Assembly: GCA_900234795.1 (NCBI GenBank)
Contig: LT962688.1
Coordinates: forward strand, 1,440,001 to 1,472,000
Length of the DNA stretch: 32,000 bases
Reading direction: 5' to 3'
DNA from: Methylorubrum extorquens
GTDB taxonomy: Bacteria > Pseudomonadota > Alphaproteobacteria > Rhizobiales > Beijerinckiaceae
The notes under the pieces were generated by a model. That model ran no database searches. It saw only the letters and a list, made by a program, of their open reading frames with translations, and was not told the origin of the DNA. Positions 24,855-31,117 of this stretch are shown piece by piece. Made by a program: the position numbers and the translations under genes. The number at the start of each line of letters is the position of its first letter. Within the stretch, counting starts at the first letter, position 1.

Positions 24855-26150
24855 ATGCCAAAACTGTTCAACGAACCGATCATGCGGACTTTTCCGTCCG
24901 GCCCACGCGGGGGCGGGGCCTTGGCCGGCGTGCTGCTCGCGCTCGCGCTGTCCCAGGGGGCGATGGCCGGACCGGCGAAGAAGCCCGCCGACGCGCGGCC
25001 GGACTACACCGCCGCCCAGGCCGCGACCGCGCAGCCCGAGGGCCTGCCGGCCTCGGTGCGGATCGCGGGCGACGACACGCGTGCGTTCCAGGCCCTGATC
25101 GACGGGGCGCCTCGCGCCGCCGATCCCTGGCTGGTGCTCTCCGGCGGCGGCGAGAACGGCGCGTTTGCCGCCGGCCTGCTAGCGGGCTGGTCGGAGCGCG
25201 GCGACCGCCCCGAGTTCGGCGTCGTCACCGGCGTCTCGACCGGCGCGCTGATCGCCCCCTTCGCCTTTGCGGCGCCGACGCTCGGCGAGCGGGCCGACGC
25301 GGCGCTTCGCGAGAACTACACCGAGATTTCGGCCGCCGACGTGTTCGAGTTCGGCGGCACGCCGGATTCGCTGACCGACACGTGGCCGCTCAAGGAGCGG
25401 ATCGGGCGCGCGGTGACGCCGGCCCTGCTCAAGGCGGTGGCGGCCGAGCACGCCAAGGGCCGCCGTCTGCTGATCGCCACGACGCAGGTGGACAGCGAGC
25501 GGCCGGTGGTGTGGGACATGGGCGCGATCGCCCAGCGCAATGCCGAGACCGGTGATCCGCGGGCGCTGGCCCTGTTCCGCTCGATCGTGCTCGCCTCGAC
25601 GGCGGTGCCTGGCGTCTTCCCGCCGGTGGCCATCCCCGCCGAAGTGAAAGACGGAGCCAAAGCCAAGCCCTTCGCGGAGCTGCACGACGACGGCGGGGCG
25701 ATGGCCCCGTTCTACCTCGCGCCGGCCGCCGCCCTGGAGGGGGAGACGCGGCTGCGCCTGCCGACGAACCGGGTCTATCTCGTCGTCAACAACCGGCTCG
25801 AGCCGGAATTCCAGATGGCCTCGCGCACCACGCTCTCGGTGCTCGGCCGCACCATGTCGGCGGCGATCAAGGCACAGACCCGCGCGGTGCTCGCGCTCAC
25901 CAAGGGCTATGCCGCGCGCACCGGCCTGGATCTTCGGATCGCCCTCATCGACGGGCGCTTCGCCAAGACCTCGGAGAAGCCGTTCGACCAGCCCTACATG
26001 AAGGCGCTGTTCGCCCACGGCGAGGCCCTGGCCCGCGACGGCAGCGCTTTCGCTCAGGCCCATCCGCCCGCAACAGCCAAGGGGCCGGACCTTGGCCCCG
26101 ACCGGCGCGCGGTGACGGAATCGACCGGCTCCGTCGCAGCCTCGCGCTGA
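24855..26150 (+). CDS. secreted patatin-like phospholipase
   Basis: ATG at 24855 (SD GGAG about 10 nt upstream; alternative ATG 24885). Signal peptide ...GGGALAGVLLALALSQGAMAG. Patatin motifs are present: LSGGGENGAFAAG (oxyanion GGGxxG), GVSTGA (GxSxG nucleophile) and HDDGGAM (DGG catalytic Asp). Confidence 0.85.
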   Translation: MPKLFNEPIMRTFPSGPRGGGALAGVLLALALSQGAMAGPAKKPADARPDYTAAQAATAQPEGLPASVRIAGDDTRAFQALIDGAPRAADPWLVLSGGGENGAFAAGLLAGWSERGDRPEFGVVTGVSTGALIAPFAFAAPTLGERADAALRENYTEISAADVFEFGGTPDSLTDTWPLKERIGRAVTPALLKAVAAEHAKGRRLLIATTQVDSERPVVWDMGAIAQRNAETGDPRALALFRSIVLASTAVPGVFPPVAIPAEVKDGAKAKPFAELHDDGGAMAPFYLAPAAALEGETRLRLPTNRVYLVVNNRLEPEFQMASRTTLSVLGRTMSAAIKAQTRAVLALTKGYAARTGLDLRIALIDGRFAKTSEKPFDQPYMKALFAHGEALARDGSAFAQAHPPATAKGPDLGPDRRAVTESTGSVAASR

Positions 26151-26219
26151 GACGGCGCGGATCGGCGGCGCTCCTTCGGACGGGACGGTCGCGCCCGCGG
26201 ACGGCATCGGACAGGGTTC

Positions 26220-26256
26220 AGAGGCGGCTCCGCGCGGGCCGCCTCTTCGTGTTTTT
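26220..26256 (+). terminator. Rho-independent terminator of the patatin-like gene
   Basis: Stem AGAGGCGGC (26220-26228) / GCCGCCTCT (26238-26246) with a GC-rich loop, followed by TCGTGTTTTT (26247-26256). Confidence 0.65.
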
Positions 26257-26282
26257 AGGACGCGCCGCTGATCCCGCTTCCC

Positions 26283-26816
26283 CTATGCCTCTTCCGCATC
26301 GGCCGGGGCGTAGACGGCCTCGCCCAGGCGCTTCAGCGGGCCGCCGGGGCCGGAGCGCTTCCAGAGCCGGGTGTTGAGCGCCGCCACCGGATCCTGCCCC
26401 GGCAGGGAAAAACCCTGCTCGCTGATCCGTGCCAGAATCTCGCTCGCATGCATCGGGCGGCCCGCCTCCTCCAGGACGGCGAGCACCGCCTCGATCAACG
26501 CCCGGCCGTAGCGACGGGCGAGCACCGTCTCCGACAGGCTGACCTCCCCCTCGGCCGGCACGGCAAAGGCCGGCACCGGAGGTCTCTGGGGCGCTACGGC
26601 GGCCGGCGCTCGAGCCGGTTGCGGCGTGGGTTCCGGAACGGGGATGGGGGCGTCCGCTCGTGCGTCCGGCGAGGGCTGAGCGGGAGCGGCCGGGCCGCCG
26701 AGGCGTCGGCCGAGATCGAGGTAGAGGAGGAGATCGGCGATCTGCCGCTCGATCGCGTCGCGCTGCCGACGCAAAGCCTCCAGCCGCGCCAGAGCCTCGG
26801 CTTCCGACAGGACCAT
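26283..26816 (-). CDS. coiled-coil protein with a C-terminal HARE-HTH-like winged-helix domain (hypothetical)
   Basis: 177 aa with SD AAGGA 8 nt before ATG 26816 and high GC3. The N-terminal amphipathic helix (SEAEALARLEALRRQRDAIERQIADLLLYL) is followed by a Pro/Ala-rich linker. The C-terminal block LIEAVLAVLEEAGRPMHASEILARISEQGFSLPGQDPVAALNTRLWKRS...LKRLGEAVYA fits the HARE-HTH pattern as I recall it. Confidence 0.6.
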   Translation of the reverse strand: MVLSEAEALARLEALRRQRDAIERQIADLLLYLDLGRRLGGPAAPAQPSPDARADAPIPVPEPTPQPARAPAAVAPQRPPVPAFAVPAEGEVSLSETVLARRYGRALIEAVLAVLEEAGRPMHASEILARISEQGFSLPGQDPVAALNTRLWKRSGPGGPLKRLGEAVYAPADAEEA

Positions 26817-26822
26817 GCTGGC

Positions 26823-26941
26823 ATTCCTTACCGTTCATTCCCAAAGAGGGGAATTTCTCGGAATGGACAATGCCATGGAATAGATGGGAAGGCGAGTTCT
26901 TTTTATTCCATCCAGTGTGTTCTCTGATCGGAATATGGAAT
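26823..26941. promoter_or_regulatory. GGAAT/ATTCC motif cluster upstream of the HTH gene
   Basis: GGAAT starts at 26850, 26860, 26877, 26930 and 26937. ATTCC starts at 26823, 26837 and 26905. An inverted pair is formed by ATGGAATA (26875-26882) and TATTCCAT (26904-26911). The stretch is locally AT-rich and contains no credible ORF. Confidence 0.35.
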
Positions 26942-27210
26942 GGAAGGCACACGGTGAACCAGCGCGATGGACGCCTGTTTGAGCGCGGCTTACGGGCCGC
27001 CACCCCGCGTGCCGAGGCGCCGAGCCACAACGCGCGACCTCGAAGCGGGCCGGAACAGCTCTCCAAGGGAAGAAGCGTCGCGGCGTGCTTCGAGGCGGCT
27101 GTCGCACCACGTCGGCAAGAAAGGCTTTCAGGGTATCGGAACAGGCGGATCATACGGCCCCGAAGAGGGAATGAACCGTTCCCCGGCTGGGGAAGAAGTC
27201 TTCCTTCGTC

Positions 27211-27295
27211 GGAATATTGGAATATTCCGTGCTACCTAAACGACGGGGATAGGCGCACGGAATATTCCGAAACCCGAAATCCCGAAAAAATCCCG
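27211..27295. repeat. two copies of the perfect palindrome GGAATATTCC, an extra half-site, and CCGAAA-type direct repeats
   Basis: GGAATATTCC occurs at 27219-27228 and 27259-27268 (40-nt pitch), with a half-site GGAATATT at 27211-27218. CCGAAA / CCCGAAA / CCCGAAAAAA follow at 27267-27290. All lie immediately downstream of the repA stop codon. Confidence 0.6.
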
Positions 27296-28393
27296 TTAGG
27301 CGCGGGCCGCAGCGGTCGCCGCGCGCGCGGTGCGGGCGGCTTTGGGCGGCACCAGCAGGCTGCCGGGATCGGCCGGGTGGAGCAGCATGCCGCCCTCGTC
27401 GAGGTCGATCCGCAGCCGCGGGAACACCTCGAGCAGGCCGGCGAGATCCGCCTTGAAGGCCTGGCGGAAGCTGCGCAGGCTGGCGTTCTCGGCGCCGAAC
27501 TGGCGGTGCAGGTTGTCCCAGGTCAGCCGCAGGGGGCGCTGCAGGGCGCGCAGGCGGTAGCCGGTCCAGAACAGGAGGTCGAGCTTGCGCGCCGAGCCGG
27601 AGAAGGCCCGCGCGGCGCGGATATCGACCGGCAGGGCATGCCGGATCAGGCTGTCGTAGAAATCCTGATGGAACGAGACGGTGCGCTGCCAGACGAGGCC
27701 GTCATCGCCGCGCCGCCACAATTCGAGCTGGCGGAAGGGCGGCACGTTGAGGGTCGAGGCCTGCCCCTCCCCGTCCCACAGGCCGAGCTGCATCGAGCAG
27801 GCGGCGAGCCGGTTGAGCTGTTCCTTGAAGGCGCCGATGGTGCCGCGCTCGCCGCCGGTGACGGCGAACCCCATGGCCTTCATGAAGCCTGAGAGGCTGT
27901 CGGCGACCTCAATGGTCGGGCTACGCTGGCGCACCGCCTCGGTGCAGAGGTGCAGCAGCACGAGCCGGGCCTTGGGGCCGTAGGGCAGGCCCTGCAGCTC
28001 CATCTCGCCGGTGATCGGGTTCTTGAGGCGCCCCGCCGAGAGGCTGAGCGAGTTGCGGCCGTATTCGCGCACGAAGTCGCGGGCGTCGCCGGGATCGCGG
28101 TAGGGCAGGCCGCAGAGCGCCAGCACCGAGTGCAGGTGCTGGAGGTTTTCCGGGCCGGTGGGCTCGCTCTCGATCACCTCGCGCACGGCGTCGCGGCGGC
28201 GGCGGTCGCGGCCCATGGCCTCGCGGGCCTCGGCCTGCGCCCCCTCCTGGGCCCGGGCGGCGTCACGCTCGCGCTGGCGGAACAGCAGGTGCTCGACGAT
28301 CGGCGCGAACAGGAACCCGCCCCGCGCCGCCTCCAGCTCCGCCTGCAGATCCGGGTCGCGGATCGCGGCGATCTTGGCCTCAAGCCCCGACAT
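27296..28393 (-). CDS. repA: plasmid/ICE-type replication initiator protein RepA
   Basis: 365 aa. The central block LQGLPYGPKARLVLLHLCTEAVRQRSPTIEVADSLSGFMKAMGFAVTGGERG matches the recalled conserved core (PYGxxxRLxLxxxxTEAVRxxS...SLxxFMxxxG) of 'replication initiator protein A' family proteins. Iterons lie directly upstream. Confidence 0.85.
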   Translation of the reverse strand: MSGLEAKIAAIRDPDLQAELEAARGGFLFAPIVEHLLFRQRERDAARAQEGAQAEAREAMGRDRRRRDAVREVIESEPTGPENLQHLHSVLALCGLPYRDPGDARDFVREYGRNSLSLSAGRLKNPITGEMELQGLPYGPKARLVLLHLCTEAVRQRSPTIEVADSLSGFMKAMGFAVTGGERGTIGAFKEQLNRLAACSMQLGLWDGEGQASTLNVPPFRQLELWRRGDDGLVWQRTVSFHQDFYDSLIRHALPVDIRAARAFSGSARKLDLLFWTGYRLRALQRPLRLTWDNLHRQFGAENASLRSFRQAFKADLAGLLEVFPRLRIDLDEGGMLLHPADPGSLLVPPKAARTARAATAAARA

Positions 28394-28620
28394 CGCCTGC
28401 CCTCAAGGCCTCCCGCTGCGTGTCACGTCGTGTTCGCCTTCATCCAAGCCTCGGGCTCCGGACGGAATCGTCGGAGGACCCTCAGGGCCGCAACCGATCT
28501 GTCACGATTCGGCTCCGCGGAGTCCCGTGGCCTTTCGGAGTTTTCCCGGGAATCCACGCTTGGACGGCCGAGTCCTGCACAGGCGCGTCTTCCGCGATCG
28601 GAGGAGGGGCGGATTCCGGT

Positions 28621-28860
28621 CACGCAGAGTTCCATACGCCCGCCGGCCGGCCCGAATCCGCCTGCGCAGAGTTCAATACGCCCCCTGCATGTCCCCTCGC
28701 TCCGGACTTGTCCCCGCTCTTCCCCGGCCAAACCGGTTTTGCACGCTGAATCCGGTACGGGCCCACGCAGAATCCGATGCAACAGGCCCCGTCGGTTGCG
28801 CAGAATCCGATGCGGGGCTGCGCAGAGTTCGATGCGGTTCCGCGCAGAGTTCCATGCGCG
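28621..28860. repeat. iteron array (7 copies of a 17-nt unit), candidate oriV
   Basis: The unit is CGCAGA(G/A)T(T/C)CNAT(A/G)CG. Copies start at 28623, 28665, 28744 (degenerate), 28766, 28799, 28821 and 28843, with spacings of 42, 79, 22, 33, 22 and 22 nt. Track ORF 28423-28872 reads through them, giving the RIELCA repeats. An AT-rich tract follows at about 28990-29035. Confidence 0.8.
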
Positions 28861-29158
28861 AAGGGGTCTCAAGCCACGGGAGGATCACGGCTTTTCCGCC
28901 TCCCCTATAACCTGCTGAACTGACTCCCTGAGAATCCCTAACAGATAGCTTTCCTAGGGAGGGTGGAGCTGCGTTCGCCAAACCGAACGAGGGCTTTTTC
29001 TCTTCTTTTCAAAAGGAATACACGGAATTTTGCACAGGCTGTACCCCTTCTCTCCCCGATCGAGAGCCCGCGAAGCGGCGCTGCGCGGCAGCGGCGGACG
29101 GTCTATGAGCGGTGGCTTGGCTGAGGCCGGGCTTCCGGCGGGATGGGGCGAAAGAGCG

Positions 29159-29989
29159 ATGGACGAGGCGCCGATCGACAGGCTGCTGGGGCTGATGGCG
29201 CGGTTGCGCGATCCGGAACGGGGCTGCGCCTGGGACGTGCAGCAGAGCTATGCCGGCATCGTCCCCTACACGATCGAGGAGGCCTACGAAGTCGCCGACG
29301 CGGTCGAGCGCGGCGACCGGGCCGACCTGCGCGACGAACTCGGCGACCTCCTGCTCCAGGTCGTGTTCCAGGCGCGGATCGCCGAGGAGGAGGGCGCCTT
29401 CCGCTTCGCTGACGTCGCCGAGGCGATCTGCGCCAAGCTGATCCGGCGTCACCCGCACGTCTTCGACGCGTCCGGAGACTTCCTGCCGCCCGAGCGGCGC
29501 CCGACCGACCCGGCGGCGATCAAGGCGGCCTGGGAGACGATCAAGGCGCAGGAGCGCGCGGAGAAGGCGGCGGCGGGCAAAACGGAAGCGGCGGGACCGC
29601 TGGCCGGGGTCTCGCGCGCCCTTCCCGCCCTTGCCCGGGCCGACCGGATCTCGAAGCGGGCGGCCGGCGTCGGCTTCGACTGGCCGGACGCGGCCCAGGT
29701 GCTGGCCAAGGTGCGCGAGGAGACCGACGAGGTCGAGGAGAGCCTGGAGAAGGGCGAGCCGGAGGCGGTGTTCGAGGAGATCGGCGACCTGCTGTTCTCG
29801 GTCGCCAACCTCGCCCGTCACGCGGGCGTCGATCCGGAGGAGGCCCTGCGGCGCGGCACCCTCAAGTTCGAGCGCCGCTTCACCGCCATGGCCGCCCGGC
29901 TCGCCGCCGAGGGCCACACCCTGGAGGACACCGCCCTCCCCGCCATGGAAGCCGCCTGGCAGGCCGTGAAGCGCGACGAGAAGACATGA
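29159..29989 (+). CDS. mazG: nucleoside triphosphate pyrophosphohydrolase MazG
   Basis: Tandem MazG domains: the first reads IDRLLGLMARLRDPERGCAWDVQQSYAGIVPYTIEEAYEVADAV...ELGDLLLQVVF...RRHPHVF, and the second EETDEVEESL...EIGDLLFSVANLARHAG. The start is either ATG 29159 or ATG 29105; the track start 29030 is TTG. Confidence 0.92.
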   Translation: MDEAPIDRLLGLMARLRDPERGCAWDVQQSYAGIVPYTIEEAYEVADAVERGDRADLRDELGDLLLQVVFQARIAEEEGAFRFADVAEAICAKLIRRHPHVFDASGDFLPPERRPTDPAAIKAAWETIKAQERAEKAAAGKTEAAGPLAGVSRALPALARADRISKRAAGVGFDWPDAAQVLAKVREETDEVEESLEKGEPEAVFEEIGDLLFSVANLARHAGVDPEEALRRGTLKFERRFTAMAARLAAEGHTLEDTALPAMEAAWQAVKRDEKT

Positions 29990-30002
29990 GGTTCGGGGAT
30001 CG

Positions 30003-30108
30003 CAAAGGGCCTGAGGCCCTTTGGCGGGTTGTCAGGGCAGTGCCCTGACAACGGCGAAGCCGTTTCGCAGGGCTCCGCCCTGCACCCGCGAAAGGACTTG
30101 TCCTTTCG
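30003..30108. repeat. cluster of four GC-rich hairpins downstream of mazG (REP-like and/or terminators)
   Basis: CAAAGGGCC-TGA-GGCCCTTTG (30003-30023), GTTGTCAGGGCA/TGCCCTGACAAC (30028-30052), GCAGGG-CTCCG-CCCTGC (30067-30083) and CGAAAGGAC-TT-GTCCTTTCG (30089-30108). None has a U-tract. Confidence 0.55.
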
Positions 30109-30126
30109 AAACCTTCGATGAGGGGC

Positions 30127-30294
30127 TCAGCCCTTCGTCCGCGGGTCGCCCTTCTTCGCGGGCTTCGAATCCGGCGCCTTCGGCTTCAGGCGCTCCACGA
30201 TCTGCTCCAGGGCGCGCTCGACCGCCGCCTGCTCCGGCGGTGCGGCGCCGTCTTGCGGGCGGTTCGTCCGGTTCGAATCGCGGCTCTTCGGCAT
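30127..30294 (-). CDS. small basic hypothetical protein (55 aa)
   Basis: ATG at 30294 inside track ORF 30127-30318: MPKSRDSNRTNRPQDGAAPPEQAAVERALEQIVERLKPKAPDSKPAKKGDPRTKG. GC3 is very high, but there is no clear SD. Confidence 0.45.
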   Translation of the reverse strand: MPKSRDSNRTNRPQDGAAPPEQAAVERALEQIVERLKPKAPDSKPAKKGDPRTKG

Positions 30295-30406
30295 GACCGC
30301 GAGCGTAGACAGGGTCACGAGCCGAAGACCACCGGTTGAGCCCGCTCGGATACGCTTTCGGTGCCGTTTTCCTCAGCGAAAAGCCTTTTGCTCCGCCGGG
30401 TTAATC

Positions 30407-30829
30407 TTAACGAGGTGCTCCAGTATCGCCCGTTCTTCGTGCCGCGAACGGCCAGTCGATGGCGTGGACGGCGTAGAGGGCCCACCACACCATCACCGGC
30501 TGAAGCGCGAGGCGGGGGCCGTGATACCACCACGTGTCGAGGATCGGCGGCACGGCGATGCCCTCGACCGCCTGCTTGATGTTGGCCGGGAACACGCAGA
30601 CCGCGTAGAGCGCCAGCATGATCCCGGCGGCCCGCCGCAGCCGCGGCACGAACAGCGCCAGCGCACCCGCGATCTCGCACAGGCCTGTGCCGATCACCAC
30701 GAGGCGGGGCGCGGGCACCCAACCCGGCATGATCGGCAGGAAGCGCTCGGTCGCCATGAGATGGACGATGCCGATGAAGCCGTAGAGGCCGGCCAGGGCG
30801 GTGCGCAGCCAGCGGCGGTCGTCGCGCAT
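30407..30829 (-). CDS. DoxX-like family membrane protein
   Basis: 140 aa with four hydrophobic helices (ALAGLYGFIGIVHL, VVIGTGLCEIAGALALFV, AAGIMLALYAVCVFPANI, LQPVMVWWALYAV). The pattern is typical of small DoxX-like proteins. The ATG at 30829 lies 6 nt after the stop of the upstream small ORF. Confidence 0.7.
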   Translation of the reverse strand: MRDDRRWLRTALAGLYGFIGIVHLMATERFLPIMPGWVPAPRLVVIGTGLCEIAGALALFVPRLRRAAGIMLALYAVCVFPANIKQAVEGIAVPPILDTWWYHGPRLALQPVMVWWALYAVHAIDWPFAARRTGDTGAPR

Positions 30830-30835
30830 CTCGGA

Positions 30836-31021
30836 TTAGGCGGAGCGATCGTCCTCGGAGCCTGTCTTGCTTTCGCCGGAGGGGGAGTTGCCGCGCGCGG
30901 CCTCTTCGGCCTCGGTGCCGGCCCGCTCCATCGGTCCCGGTTGCGACTTCAGCTTGCCCGTCGCCGGGTCCTTGGGCGAGACCGCGGCCCCGCTGCTCTG
31001 GTCGCGCTGTTCGTCCGCCAT
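30836..31021 (-). CDS. small acidic hydrophilic hypothetical protein (61 aa)
   Basis: ATG at 31021 with SD GAGG about 9 nt upstream: MADEQRDQSSGAAVSPKDPATGKLKSQPGPMERAGTEAEEAARGNSPSGESKTGSEDDRSA. GC3 is high, and the gene is apparently co-transcribed with the DoxX-like gene. Confidence 0.55.
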   Translation of the reverse strand: MADEQRDQSSGAAVSPKDPATGKLKSQPGPMERAGTEAEEAARGNSPSGESKTGSEDDRSA

Positions 31022-31117
31022 GCTCAGCCTCGTCATTCGCGTGGAATCGTGACGGGGCAACGTGCGGCGCGCGGGGCGGTTCGCGTCCCGCCCTCCCCGC
31101 TCCTCCCCCGCCCGGCC

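Noticed and set aside
26835-27239. ORFs of 90-91 aa (26835-27110 minus, 26967-27239 plus) in the repA-HTH spacer
   Set aside because: They show no GC3 bias, have Arg/Pro-rich nonsense composition and lack ribosome-binding sites. The region is dominated by repeats.
26817-27295. EcfG/general-stress-type promoter (GGAAC-N16-17-CGTT) as an explanation for the GGAAT motifs
   Set aside because: No GGAAT or GGAAC copy has a CGTT element at the required spacing on either strand.
28423-28872. 149-aa minus-strand ORF upstream of repA with repeated RIELCA peptides
   Set aside because: The peptide repeats are simply the iterons translated. The region has no coding bias and is better explained as an origin/operator.
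30262-30285. tRNA-like T-loop string GGTTCGAATC
   Set aside because: The flanks do not form a T-stem or any cloverleaf, there is no acceptor/CCA context, and the string lies inside a small ORF with good coding bias.
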